Positions 45,261 through 54,863 of a stretch of 64,000 bases of DNA are shown here, piece by piece (position 1 is the stretch's first letter; the number at the start of each line of letters is the position of its first letter). The translations under genes were made by a program, and so were the position numbers. The notes under the pieces were generated by a model. The model ran no database searches. It was given only the letters and a program-made list of their open reading frames with translations, and was not told the origin of the DNA. This stretch comes from an uncultured candidate division Zixibacteria bacterium. Its GTDB lineage: Bacteria > Zixibacteria > MSB-5A5 > GN15 > FEB-12. The stretch is taken from positions 157,022-221,021 of the forward strand of contig CAVQCT010000003.1 of assembly GCA_963711085.1 (NCBI GenBank), in the 5' to 3' direction.

Positions 45261-46034
45261 TCAGCCCATTTCGAAAAGCGCTTCTTCGAATTCGTACACC
45301 CGCTCGAAACCCAGTCGCTCGTAGCATTTGACGGCCGGTTCATTATGAGTACTGACATTCAGACAGATTGTTTTCTCGGTCGGATCCAGATCTACGATTA
45401 GTTTCGATGTCGCCCTGGTACACAGTCCTCGGCCGCGCGCATCCGGATCGGTCGCAATACTTCCCAGCACCGCCATTTTGTGTTCCTCGGAATTAACATG
45501 AATCCCCGCCACGGCGAGCAGGCGTCCGTCTTCTTCGTACCCAAAGTACTTCCCGGTCTCCAGCATGCGCGGGGTAAAATAGCAGTCCGGATAGGCACGA
45601 TGATAGAATTGGCGAATCCGTCGTTCATCCGACGGTTTCAAGCGGCGGATATTCTTATCATCCGGCTGAGGATTGAAGGTGCCGAGCTTCATGCGATACA
45701 TCGTCCCGAGCCTGGTCTCGCGGTACCGTTTGCTGAATACGGGGCGGGATTCCGACTTAAAATGACAGAGAAACCTCGGTGGAAGCAGATCGAGCAGAGT
45801 ATCGAGCAGCGGCGAAAACCGATCGGAAAGTCCGAGCGCGAGAACGGTCGGAATCGGTCCGCCGGAATATATCAGCACAGCTTCGATTATGTGCGCCCGT
45901 TCTTCGTAATCGACCGCCCACTGGCAGTGTCCAAAGTAGAAATCGTCCAGATCACCGATATGATATGCGAACATCACCGGATCTTTCCGGAAATGCTCAA
46001 GCAATCGTTTCTTGTCAATCGAGAACATAAGCAT
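45261..46034 (-). CDS. GNAT family N-acetyltransferase
   Basis: The track ORF is 45261..46076. The ATG at 46034 (MLMFSIDKK) is more plausible. The C-terminal half has the GNAT core (LAVAGIHVNSEEHKMAVLGSIATDPDARGRGLCTRATSKL). Confidence 0.8.
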   Translation of the reverse strand: MLMFSIDKKRLLEHFRKDPVMFAYHIGDLDDFYFGHCQWAVDYEERAHIIEAVLIYSGGPIPTVLALGLSDRFSPLLDTLLDLLPPRFLCHFKSESRPVFSKRYRETRLGTMYRMKLGTFNPQPDDKNIRRLKPSDERRIRQFYHRAYPDCYFTPRMLETGKYFGYEEDGRLLAVAGIHVNSEEHKMAVLGSIATDPDARGRGLCTRATSKLIVDLDPTEKTICLNVSTHNEPAVKCYERLGFERVYEFEEALFEMG

Positions 46035-46089
46035 GTTAGGGCAACCTGAGATGCAAGGGTAACATGAGAATTTCAAAGAAACGGTGATG

Positions 46090-46587
46090 TCAGCGCTTAT
46101 AGCCTATTTTGCGAAGAAAATCCTGTCGCTCTTTTCGGTCGTCGGCCGTCTCAATCCCAAGTGGGGTTTCACCGTCGATCACTCCCATCACGCCGCGGCC
46201 AAGGTCTGTTTCTGCCACGACCACCTCGAGCGGATTGGCTGTCGAACAAAAGATCTGGCAGACTTCGTCGACCCGTTTCACGCGGTCGAGGACGTTGATC
46301 GGGAAGCCGTCTTTCATGAAGATGAAGAACGTATGCCCACAGGCAACATCGAAAGCCGCCTGCGATGCCAGTTCTTCCATCTTCCTGTCATTCCCGTCGT
46401 GGCGGATCAACCTCTTCTGTGAGGCTTCGCAGAACGCTATGCCGAACTTGAGCGATGTCGATGAACTGATCAGCGCTTCGTACAGATCCTCCACCGTCTT
46501 GATAAAATGTGACTGACCGAAGATAAGATTGCACCCTTCCGGGATCTGAACCTTCACCACTTTCTCACGTAAATTAGTCATCGGCAT
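46090..46587 (-). CDS. Adenosine-specific kinase family protein (PF04008-like)
   Basis: 165 aa. [70 protein letters not shown] and the C-terminal LRKIGYK match my recollection of this family. Biochemical function is poorly established. Confidence 0.75.
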   Translation of the reverse strand: MPMTNLREKVVKVQIPEGCNLIFGQSHFIKTVEDLYEALISSSTSLKFGIAFCEASQKRLIRHDGNDRKMEELASQAAFDVACGHTFFIFMKDGFPINVLDRVKRVDEVCQIFCSTANPLEVVVAETDLGRGVMGVIDGETPLGIETADDRKERQDFLRKIGYKR

Positions 46588-47389
46588 TCTCCTTGAACAA
46601 ATCGTCGGAAAGTCCGCTGTTCACGACCGGATTCCGATAGTATTCCGTCCCGGACACCGAGATACCGACCAGAAACATCGCCTTCGCCGACAGCTCGATA
46701 TCGAACTCGCGCGGAAACCAGTAGCCATCGTCGGTCGGACCGTACAATATCGTCATCCTCAGTTCATTCATCTTGAACATCGCTTTCCGGACAAGTTTGG
46801 CCGGTGAGAAATCGACCTCCACCAGGTGGAATGACTCGGCGTCAATATAGTAGTCACCGTTGACATACTGCTCGTCTTCTTCTTTCGCTTCCACCCGAAA
46901 TTGGTAGCAGGTGTAGCCTTCGTACTGCTGATCGGATACACCTTTGTAAGTGATCGTGTAATGTTGCCGTTCGTCCGGATAGAACGGCTTCAGCATGTCA
47001 TACGAGATATCCTTGGCCTTGCGGCTTATCCGTTTTTCCGTCCGGCTGCGGGCTTCTCTCTCCAGGTTGTCTTCGCTCTGGATCTCACCGTTCTTGTAAT
47101 AGGTCAGATACTTCTCTTTGAACAGGGCCGTGTCGTCTTCGTATTTGACGAATATCTTCTTGAGAAACCGGACCTTCTCTTTCAGGTCGCCGTTGTCGTT
47201 TCGATCCCCTTCGACATACTCGGCGTCAAACGTGACATCGTGCACTTCCGATCTCTGCTTCCGGTCCACCGACAGGATGCGATCGATCAGCGCTTCCGGA
47301 TCAATCCCCTGTTCGTTCTGGGCACAGACGGCATATCGAGCGATACCGCTGAGCAGAATGAAAGTGACAACCAGGCACACTTTCTTCAT
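46574..47389 (-). CDS. Secreted hypothetical protein (possibly LolA-like fold)
   Basis: The track ORF is 46574..47428. The ATG at 47389 gives [24 protein letters not shown] (signal peptide). Charged, K/E/Y-rich sequence. The family assignment is a guess. Confidence 0.7.
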   Translation of the reverse strand: MKKVCLVVTFILLSGIARYAVCAQNEQGIDPEALIDRILSVDRKQRSEVHDVTFDAEYVEGDRNDNGDLKEKVRFLKKIFVKYEDDTALFKEKYLTYYKNGEIQSEDNLEREARSRTEKRISRKAKDISYDMLKPFYPDERQHYTITYKGVSDQQYEGYTCYQFRVEAKEEDEQYVNGDYYIDAESFHLVEVDFSPAKLVRKAMFKMNELRMTILYGPTDDGYWFPREFDIELSAKAMFLVGISVSGTEYYRNPVVNSGLSDDLFKENADD

Positions 47390-47411
47390 TATATCGACTT
47401 TTCCTTCTGTT

Positions 47412-49397
47412 CTATTTGATGATAACATCGCGGATCGTGTCGCCGGGCACGATATTCTCCGCTACTTCCATGCCGGAAAGCACCTGCCCGAACAGCGTAT
47501 AGCGACCGTCCAGATGCGGCTGGGGTGAGAGGGTGATGAAGAACTGGGATCCACCGGTGTCTTTGCCCGAGGTGGCGATACCCACTGAGCCTCGGTCGTA
47601 CGGAAGGTTCGAGTATTCATCCCGGATAAAATATCCGGGGCCGCCCCAGCCAGTGCCGAGCGGATCGCCTCCCTGGACAACAAAATTGGAGACAACGCGA
47701 TGGAATATCAGTCCTTTGTAGAATCCTTCAGTGGCCAGATGAACAAAATTGAGAACGGTCAGCGGAGCAGTATCGAAATACAACTCCATTTCGATATCCC
47801 CTTTGTTGGTCGAGACCAGCGCGTGGGGGTTGGTCTTGTATTCCGTGATTCCCTTCTCAATCGTGGAAACACTGATTCTCGTTTCGGCCGGAGGAACCTG
47901 CTTATAACGATTTTCTCCGAGAAGCTCTTTGTACTCATCGGCGGCTCGCAACCGGACAACATAGGCAGGATCAAGAATCCCTTTGATCAGTAGCTCGCGT
48001 GCGGCCGTATCGTCCTTGTTGGCCTGGATGAACGGTGCCGAGGCTTCGACCAGTGAGCGGCGGACGTTCACGTCGGTCTTCTCTCCGGCTGCCATTATAT
48101 CGTTCAGTCTGGGCAGGCAGGATTCAATTTTGCCGGAACTGATTTTGTCAATGGCGAGCGACTGGAGCACAAAGCTGCTGTCGGCAAGCGCCTTGTCGAT
48201 ATAGAACTGCATGTTGGCGGTATCGAGAGTGGTCAGGGCATCGAACGCAGAGGCCCTTACCGAAGGATCGTGATCATTGAGCAACACACCCAGCCGAGAC
48301 GTCACCGTCGTATTTCCGACAATTCCATAGGCCTCGGCACAGGCAGCTTTGATCTGCGGACTCGGAAGAAGTGCGAGTGAGTCGATCAGCGTGATCGCCC
48401 GGTCGCCCTGTACGGTGGCGAGATACTTGACGACACTGCAGGTAATGTTATCCGATGGATTGTCGTGCAGCAGATCCATAGCTGTCGGAACGGCATCCGA
48501 ATTCTTTTGTTGAGTGAGCGCCTCGAGAAGATCCATCCGGAGCAGTTCGTCATCTTCGTTGTCGAGTTTCTTAACCAGCTTGCTTCGCGCATCCACATCC
48601 GACTTGCGAGCCAGTTCCCGAATCGCCTGGGCTACCAGTTCTTTGTTGTTATCATTCAGCGCGATAGTAAGATACCGAATCGATTCACGTCCATCCGAAA
48701 GTCCAAGTCCGTGCACCGCCAGGGAGCGTATCCATGGATCGCTGTCAGCAAGATTGTCGGCGTAGAAGTCGGTGGCTTCCTTCACGCCAAGCCGGGAGAG
48801 TGCGTAAAGAGCGGCCTGACGGACATCTTCATCCTTCTCATTCGTGAGAAAATCCATCAACTCCGGACCGCGGTCTTTCGCCCGGGCCCTTGCCAGAGCA
48901 TAACAGGCCGCCTCACGAACTTCGGGAGACGGATGAGTCAGGTAGCCGGTCAATTGGCCGATCACGTCGGTCATACTGCTGTCCATCAGCCAGCCGGATG
49001 TCTGGACGGCCAGTGCGCCGATTCGGGCCGGGTAATCGTAGGCATCATCGAGCAACATCCGCGCATATTCTCTCTCGCCGGTCAGACCCAACCCGGTGAC
49101 GGCCGCCGCCGCGACATCGAGATCTTCCGAGTTCACCATGTCATACAGGATTTTGCCCGCACCGGGAGTACCGATTCGTCCGATCGCCAATGCCGCGCGC
49201 GCCCGAACCTTTGGGTCAATATCCTTCAGGTATTCCTGAAGCCGCGCGTCTCCCTCCCGTCGATCCTCCAGGTGAGTGATCTCGGCTGCTTTCTCGACAA
49301 ATCCTTTCACATGAAAGCGATCGTACAGAAAGTAGGCTGCCGCCGCAAAAGCGAGCAGCAGGAGGAGCACGAATATTCTCTTGAAAGCTGATTTCAT
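47412..49397 (-). CDS. HEAT-repeat protein fused to a C-terminal cyclophilin-type peptidyl-prolyl isomerase
   Basis: 661 aa. N-terminal TM/signal segment (MKSAFKRIFVLLLLLAFAAAAYF). About 450 aa of HEAT/PBS-lyase-like repeats (DPKVRARAALAIGRIG, EVREAACYALARA, DPWIRSLAVHGLG, DPSVRASAFDAL). Cyclophilin domain: GDIEMELYFDTAPLTVLNFVHL...FHRVVSNFVVQGGDP...GSQFFITL. Confidence 0.9.
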   Translation of the reverse strand: MKSAFKRIFVLLLLLAFAAAAYFLYDRFHVKGFVEKAAEITHLEDRREGDARLQEYLKDIDPKVRARAALAIGRIGTPGAGKILYDMVNSEDLDVAAAAVTGLGLTGEREYARMLLDDAYDYPARIGALAVQTSGWLMDSSMTDVIGQLTGYLTHPSPEVREAACYALARARAKDRGPELMDFLTNEKDEDVRQAALYALSRLGVKEATDFYADNLADSDPWIRSLAVHGLGLSDGRESIRYLTIALNDNNKELVAQAIRELARKSDVDARSKLVKKLDNEDDELLRMDLLEALTQQKNSDAVPTAMDLLHDNPSDNITCSVVKYLATVQGDRAITLIDSLALLPSPQIKAACAEAYGIVGNTTVTSRLGVLLNDHDPSVRASAFDALTTLDTANMQFYIDKALADSSFVLQSLAIDKISSGKIESCLPRLNDIMAAGEKTDVNVRRSLVEASAPFIQANKDDTAARELLIKGILDPAYVVRLRAADEYKELLGENRYKQVPPAETRISVSTIEKGITEYKTNPHALVSTNKGDIEMELYFDTAPLTVLNFVHLATEGFYKGLIFHRVVSNFVVQGGDPLGTGWGGPGYFIRDEYSNLPYDRGSVGIATSGKDTGGSQFFITLSPQPHLDGRYTLFGQVLSGMEVAENIVPGDTIRDVIIK

Positions 49398-49467
49398 ATG
49401 CGTTTCAAATCTATGCTACATATATAGAAGCGTCAACATTTATTGTGGAATACAATGCTGCCCCCGG

Positions 49468-49502
49468 AAATCAAAAACCCCTGGCGCACAGGTCAGGGGT
49501 TT
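49468..49502 (-). terminator. Rho-independent terminator after the TonB receptor / HmuY-like operon
   Basis: 9-bp stem AAACCCCTG/CAGGGGTTT with a 10-nt loop. On the minus strand it is followed by UUUUUGAUUU, 26 nt past the stop at 49528. Confidence 0.8.
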
Positions 49503-49527
49503 ATCAAACTCTTTGATCAGGGCAGAG

Positions 49528-50592
49528 TTACAGCTTCAGCCAGGAAAAGGTATAGTGTCCACTAGTCGGAACACCGCCGATATTCGCATAATAGCTGTCG
49601 ATTCGCAGTTTATAGACAAGCCCACCCGTGCGAACCAGATAAACGTGGGCTTTCGAAGTCAACTGATGCGTCGTGCTGTTGTAGTTGTACCAGTCGGTAA
49701 GCGCTGAACCCGGAATGTCCGGAAACATCGGCGCTCCCGGCGGCTGTGCGGTGAAGCCGTTTATATCTCTTGGATCGGAAAGTTCGGTATAGGCTTCAAA
49801 TGCTTCACATCCGCCTGAACCGTTAGGACCGCTGTTCTGCATCACATTATAGTTGCTGAAACCAAGATCCCAGTCCAGCGAACTTTTCGGGACTGACGGA
49901 TTCACCTGCGTTCCGGTCGAGAAATCAAAGTATCCGGTTCCGGTCCCGGCGATAACCTGAGCGTGTAAGACCGGCCCAGGAAGGTTCAGCGATCCGGCAG
50001 TATCCTGGTAGTAGTATGTGAGATAAACTGTTCCCATATCGGGCGGCATTGCGGCGCCGACCAGGGAATCGATCTGGAATTTGACGTAGTGTTCACCCGA
50101 AGCATCTTTCATGGAATAGACATATCGACTTATGTCTATCGTGTGACTGGTCATGTTGTACGTATACCAGTTGCTGATGAAATAGTCGATGAAGTCCGAA
50201 GTCCAGTTCGCCCCGAGCGTGTCGCTGAGGGTCACCGAGGCGAAATCGACGGCGCCGAGGTCGGCACCTTCTACATCGCCACTATTCACGGTCGAAGATC
50301 CGCCATTGAGCTTGATCACTTCCCGCTTGAATCCAATATCCCAGGCATCGGCAGTCGGTTTCGGCGTCCCTGTTGAGACCGTGTCATTCTGACCAAACGA
50401 GAAGTAGGCAAAATTGTTATAATCCGAAGCGTTGATAGTCGACACCCAGTATCCCCCGGTCGAATCCCAACTCGAGGTGGCGGTGTTTTGATGTGTGCCG
50501 CCGCCGGAATTCACCGGATTGCTGCTGCTGCCGCAGCCGACCATACCCAGCGCGAACAGAGTCAGGGCAATAATAACGAGTACAAACTTCAT
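49528..50592 (-). CDS. HmuY-like lipoprotein
   Basis: The track ORF starts at TTG 50607. The ATG at 50592 is preceded by AAGGAG at 6-nt spacing and gives MKFVLVIIALTLFALGMVGCGSSS (lipobox). WDIGFKREVIKLNGGSS resembles the HmuY family. Directly downstream of a TonB-dependent receptor. Confidence 0.8.
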   Translation of the reverse strand: MKFVLVIIALTLFALGMVGCGSSSNPVNSGGGTHQNTATSSWDSTGGYWVSTINASDYNNFAYFSFGQNDTVSTGTPKPTADAWDIGFKREVIKLNGGSSTVNSGDVEGADLGAVDFASVTLSDTLGANWTSDFIDYFISNWYTYNMTSHTIDISRYVYSMKDASGEHYVKFQIDSLVGAAMPPDMGTVYLTYYYQDTAGSLNLPGPVLHAQVIAGTGTGYFDFSTGTQVNPSVPKSSLDWDLGFSNYNVMQNSGPNGSGGCEAFEAYTELSDPRDINGFTAQPPGAPMFPDIPGSALTDWYNYNSTTHQLTSKAHVYLVRTGGLVYKLRIDSYYANIGGVPTSGHYTFSWLKL

Positions 50593-50603
50593 CTGATTCT
50601 CCT

Positions 50604-52829
50604 TCAATGGCTCAGGCCGAAATCATATTTGAGTCCCGCAAAGACCTCAAATCCCGGCCAGTATCCGTATGTTACATTCGTAGTGTTCAGCACATTCTGG
50701 AATCGAAGCGAGGCCTCGAATCCGCTCCGAAATCGTTTGAAGAAATTAATATTGAGTTCGGTGCGCGATGGCGCTTCGTCCGGGGCACCCTCGTTCCCTC
50801 CGGTATTGGTAATCGGAACCCAGAGCTTGGTCGACTGATAATAGCCCCACAGAGTTGCTCCGGCATTCCATTTGTTGATCATGCCGGTCAGATAACACTT
50901 GACGGTGTGATCAGGGTTGTTCAGAAGCTTTTGATGGCTCTCCAGATTGCGCGTGTAGAGATAATCGTAAGAGAGCGAGAAATCCAGAGCGCTACTCAGA
51001 CGAACGCGCGACTCCCATTCGATTCCTTTGGTGACGGCATTCTCGACATTCTGATAGACATAGACCCCGCGCCAGTAAGGATCGGGGAAGCCGACCAGAG
51101 TGAAATCAATGAGATTGTGCAGTCTATTGTAGAAGAAGGTGATGCGGTGCATGCCGATCGAACCGTAAGAAAACTCGGCCGACACGGACGTGTTCAGCGA
51201 GGTCTCCTGTTTCAACCTGGAGAAATTCAAGCCGCTCAGATCATACGGCGAGTATTGAATGGCCGACCCGCCGTAGACGATATAGCCGGCGGCCGTGTGA
51301 TCGAAAATATAGTACTGCTCTTTCACCGAAGGAGCCCGGAAGCCGCGTCCGATAAATCCCCGAAACTTGAGGCCCTCACTCGGCTGGAACATGACATTGA
51401 GTGAGGGATTTATGTGGCTGCCGAACGAACTGTGATGCTCGTACCGGACGCCGCTTACAAAATTCCAGGCATTCATAGGCGAGTATTCATACTGGAGATA
51501 GCTGGCGAGCGATTTGTCCGCCTGCGCCTGATCGACAAGATCGCTTGAAGTCAGATCCTGATAGTTGTAGTCAAGACCGTAGGTGGCGACATGATGATGC
51601 CCGATGACATAGTTCGAGGTATACGAAGCTTCGAAGAACGACTCTTCCGTTTTGGATGTATCCACCCAGTATGACTGGGCGTACTTATTCCAATCGTGGT
51701 CGTAGTAGGTTCCGAAAAGGCGAAGCTTCATGGAGTACTTGTCCCCCGACATGTACTCGAGGCTGGTCGAGCCTTCGTAATGCTTGTTCACTTCGTCATC
51801 ATCGTACGTGTAGGTCGTGTCCTCGTTGACATTTTTTGCCACGATCTCCGATTCAATCCACTTCTTGTTTTCGTACATGTACCTGCCGGAGCCGGAGAGA
51901 GTCCATTTGTCGGAGAGCAGATGCGTAACCTTGTCGGAGAGATTGATCCGTCGAATTCGCTCTTCGCCATTGGTCGCCGGAGTCGTTTTGTTCAGGTCGA
52001 ACCCTTGAGTCGAGAAGTACTTTCCGCCGAAAGTCATACCGGTGCGGCGACCGCCATAATCAAGGTCGAGCGATGGATTCGCACTGGTATGGCTGCCGTA
52101 GTCGAAGTAAAGCGTACCCTTCCTGGTGTTCATCTGCGGGCGTTTGGTGATAATGTTGATCACGCCGCCCATGGCATCGGAACCGTACAAAGTCGAACCG
52201 GTCCCTTTGACGATCTCGATCTTCTTGACGTTTTCGAGCGAGTACTGGCTCAGGTCGATCGAACCGCGCACGCGGCCCACCGCCCGCTCACCGTCAACCA
52301 GCACTAATACCCGATCGTTGTCGATCCCCCGAATGGTTGCACCCTGACCGGAGAGGTCCTGGTTTATGTTGATACCGATTGAAGACGACAGGGCCTCGTC
52401 GACCGTAGTCGCTCCCGTCCGCTTGAAATCCCGCTCGCTGACCACTTCCGTCTCGACAGGAACGTCTTTCAATAAATGCGGGGAACGAGTCCCGGTTACT
52501 ACGACATCGTTGAGTACCCAGGGGGTAGGGCGAAGTTCAAAGTCCTCGGTCTGTGTCCCTGCCAGCGATACCGCCATCGTGTCGCTCGTGTCGTAAGACA
52601 CATGAGAGATGACCAGATGATACTTCCCTTCAGGGATTCCGGAGAAACTGTATATCCCCTGCTTATTCGTTTGGGTGATTTTGCCGTTTTCTATGATTCG
52701 GACGTTGGCGTTGTCGATCGGATTGTTCGTTTCGGAATCGAGCACTCTTCCGGTCAGTTCGGCGCCGGAAGCTTGGCCCCCCAGGATGATAAGAATGAGC
52801 AGGAATAGACCCGTAACAGTCCTTGTCAT
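50604..52829 (-). CDS. TonB-dependent outer-membrane receptor with carboxypeptidase-regulatory-like N-domain
   Basis: 741 aa. Signal peptide, then LTGRVLDSETNNPIDNANVRIIENGKITQTNKQGIYSFSGIPEG, then a plug (ATIRGIDNDRVLVLVDGERAVGR) and a beta-barrel. Confidence 0.93.
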   Translation of the reverse strand: MTRTVTGLFLLILIILGGQASGAELTGRVLDSETNNPIDNANVRIIENGKITQTNKQGIYSFSGIPEGKYHLVISHVSYDTSDTMAVSLAGTQTEDFELRPTPWVLNDVVVTGTRSPHLLKDVPVETEVVSERDFKRTGATTVDEALSSSIGININQDLSGQGATIRGIDNDRVLVLVDGERAVGRVRGSIDLSQYSLENVKKIEIVKGTGSTLYGSDAMGGVINIITKRPQMNTRKGTLYFDYGSHTSANPSLDLDYGGRRTGMTFGGKYFSTQGFDLNKTTPATNGEERIRRINLSDKVTHLLSDKWTLSGSGRYMYENKKWIESEIVAKNVNEDTTYTYDDDEVNKHYEGSTSLEYMSGDKYSMKLRLFGTYYDHDWNKYAQSYWVDTSKTEESFFEASYTSNYVIGHHHVATYGLDYNYQDLTSSDLVDQAQADKSLASYLQYEYSPMNAWNFVSGVRYEHHSSFGSHINPSLNVMFQPSEGLKFRGFIGRGFRAPSVKEQYYIFDHTAAGYIVYGGSAIQYSPYDLSGLNFSRLKQETSLNTSVSAEFSYGSIGMHRITFFYNRLHNLIDFTLVGFPDPYWRGVYVYQNVENAVTKGIEWESRVRLSSALDFSLSYDYLYTRNLESHQKLLNNPDHTVKCYLTGMINKWNAGATLWGYYQSTKLWVPITNTGGNEGAPDEAPSRTELNINFFKRFRSGFEASLRFQNVLNTTNVTYGYWPGFEVFAGLKYDFGLSH

Positions 52830-52879
52830 AGTTTCTCCATGTTGTTACGGGAGGCAAAAAAAGATAAAATGGGCCGCCA

Positions 52880-52937
52880 GTGTCATGTATCTGTCATAAT
52901 CAAAAAAAAGGAGGCGTGTCCGTCATGCACGTGTCAT
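52880..52937. promoter_or_regulatory. Pho-box-like tandem direct repeats upstream of the TonB receptor operon
   Basis: On the plus strand, GTGTCATGTATCTGTCAT (52880-52897) matches the E. coli Pho box CTGTCATAWAWCTGTCAY at 16 of 18 positions by my count. A weaker copy, CCGTCATGCACGTGTCAT (52920-52937), matches at 12 of 18. The 7-mers recur with 11-bp periodicity. The orientation is opposite to the downstream gene. Confidence 0.4.
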
Positions 52938-52973
52938 GGAAACGTTAGCCTGAAAGGTGTCGACGGATTAAAA

Positions 52974-53921
52974 TTAACGTGAGTACTTTTTAGCAGCCTT
53001 TTCGAACGACGGGCGGGTGCGCGTTTTGATGAATTCGGAGAGACGGCGAACGTCGGCATCGGACAGCCGGTTGAGCTTTTTCGGGAATGATCCGGACTCG
53101 ATCTCCTTGAACAGCTGGTTCATCCGTACTCGGGTCGACTTATCTACGATCCTGGGACCGTTCAGGAGGGAACCAAAGCGCGCGGCCACCGAAATCCGTT
53201 CGTACATTCCCTTAATCCCATACTTGCGGATCAGGTCGATTATGAGATCGAGTTGATAGGCGACTTCAAGATATGCGTTCTCGGTCGGAAGTCCGTTGGC
53301 CACCAAGGTGTCGAAGCCGGCCGTTATCAGCTCCGCCATTCCTCCGCAGAGAACCGCCTGCTCGCCGAACAGATCGCCGATAGCTTCGTCGTGGAAGGTT
53401 GTTTTGACCAGGCGTTTGCGGGCAAAACCGAGGGCTTTGGCTATGGCAAACGCTGTCTTGCTCCCCTTCCCTGAATAGTTCTGATGTATGGCGTAGAAAG
53501 CCGAGAGATCTCGTTTTCCCAGGTACTTTTCACGCAGGGCCACGCCGGGAGCATGAGGGGCGAGCAGGATCACGTCACATTTCTGCGGCGGCTCGACAAA
53601 TCCGAAGTGCACGGAGAAACCGTGAAGAAATACCAGCGTACTTCCGGACTTCAGCCTGCCGGCAATCTCTTTTTTGAATATCCGCCCGTGGAGATGGTCG
53701 GGGAGGGCCACAATCACGGTCGAACTCATTCCGACCACTTCAGACACCGTGCCGATCTCCCTGAACCTATCCTTGCGGGCCTTCGCCCGCGATTTCGACT
53801 TACCTTTCAGTCCGAGTATCACCCGATAGCCGGAGTCACGAAGATTGAGGGCGATAGCTCTCCCCTGCGAGCCATAACCGAGCAACACGACTGTGTCATT
53901 TTTTCGTTTCGCCTTTGTCAT
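52974..53921 (-). CDS. ilvC: Ketol-acid reductoisomerase (class I)
   Basis: The track ORF is 52974..53969. The ATG at 53921 gives MTKAKRKNDTVVLLGYGSQGRAIALNLRDSG. Later motifs: LFGEQAVLCGG and AYLEVAYQLDLIIDL. Confidence 0.92.
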   Translation of the reverse strand: MTKAKRKNDTVVLLGYGSQGRAIALNLRDSGYRVILGLKGKSKSRAKARKDRFREIGTVSEVVGMSSTVIVALPDHLHGRIFKKEIAGRLKSGSTLVFLHGFSVHFGFVEPPQKCDVILLAPHAPGVALREKYLGKRDLSAFYAIHQNYSGKGSKTAFAIAKALGFARKRLVKTTFHDEAIGDLFGEQAVLCGGMAELITAGFDTLVANGLPTENAYLEVAYQLDLIIDLIRKYGIKGMYERISVAARFGSLLNGPRIVDKSTRVRMNQLFKEIESGSFPKKLNRLSDADVRRLSEFIKTRTRPSFEKAAKKYSR

Positions 53922-53973
53922 GGAAGCAATATACTTGGGGAGATTCAATTGTCCAACCGGAAGAATCAATTCG

Positions 53974-54858
53974 ATGGAACAGTCTCAGTACGAATGTCTG
54001 CGCAGGATTGTCGAAACGGCCCTCAAGGAAGATGTCAACAAGGGAGATCTTACCTCCCTTGCCTGTCTTGAACCGAATCCGATGAAGGCGAAAATTGTCG
54101 CCAAATCGGAAGGGATTCTCTCCGGCGTCAAACCGGCTTTGCTGGCATTCGATATTGTCGACTCGGCCAATGTGGTTCGACCGCTGAAGAGCGATTCCGA
54201 GCCATTCGTCAAAGGGGATGTGATATTCGAAATCGAAGGGTTCAATCAGACCCTGTTGACTTCCGAGCGAACGGCGCTGAATTTCCTGGGGCATTTGAGC
54301 GGTATCGCGACCCTGACGGGCAAATTTGTCGAACGCATCAAAGGAACAGGCTGCCGTATTCTCGATACGCGAAAGACCGCCCCGGGTCTGCGTATGCTCG
54401 AGAAGGCGGCGGTAGTCGACGGTGGCGGATGCAATCACCGATTCGGTCTGTACGACATGGTTCTTATCAAAGACAATCATATTGCGTCGGCCGGTTCGAT
54501 TTCCGATGCGGTCAGGCGCACCCGCGAATTCCTCGACACCCCGGAGTTCCGCCTGCAGTTCGATACCAAAGCTGACGACATCCTGATCGAAGTCGAGGTC
54601 TCAACCGAAGCCCAGCTCCGCGAGGCTATCGACGCGAGCGTGAATCGGATTCTTCTCGATAATCAATCTCTCGAACAATTGTCGCACCTTGTTTCCGTGG
54701 CCAGGCAGTTGAACCCGAGCATCGAGCTGGAAGCGTCGGGGAATGTCAGTCTCGAAACGGTCGCCGCGATCGCCGCAACCGGAGTAGACTTCATCTCAAT
54801 CGGCGCTCTTACCCACTCGGCAGTATCTTCGGACTTCTCGATGCGGGCGGTTGAATAA
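53974..54858 (+). CDS. nadC: Nicotinate-nucleotide (quinolinate) pyrophosphorylase
   Basis: The track ORF is 53893..54858. The ATG at 53974 gives MEQSQYECLRRIVETALKEDVNKGDLTS. Motifs: ERTALNFLGHLSGIAT, ILDTRKTAPGLR and HRFGLYDMVLIKDNH. Confidence 0.93.
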   Translation: MEQSQYECLRRIVETALKEDVNKGDLTSLACLEPNPMKAKIVAKSEGILSGVKPALLAFDIVDSANVVRPLKSDSEPFVKGDVIFEIEGFNQTLLTSERTALNFLGHLSGIATLTGKFVERIKGTGCRILDTRKTAPGLRMLEKAAVVDGGGCNHRFGLYDMVLIKDNHIASAGSISDAVRRTREFLDTPEFRLQFDTKADDILIEVEVSTEAQLREAIDASVNRILLDNQSLEQLSHLVSVARQLNPSIELEASGNVSLETVAAIAATGVDFISIGALTHSAVSSDFSMRAVE

Positions 54859-54863
54859 AGAGT

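Noticed and set aside
48465-49391. 308-aa plus-strand ORF antisense to the HEAT/cyclophilin gene. Similar cases occur at 61355..62284, 56847..57767, 41262..42011, 40208..40912 and 1806..2690.
   Set aside because: All lie opposite well-supported genes and translate to Arg/Gly/Asp-rich sequences with no domain signature.
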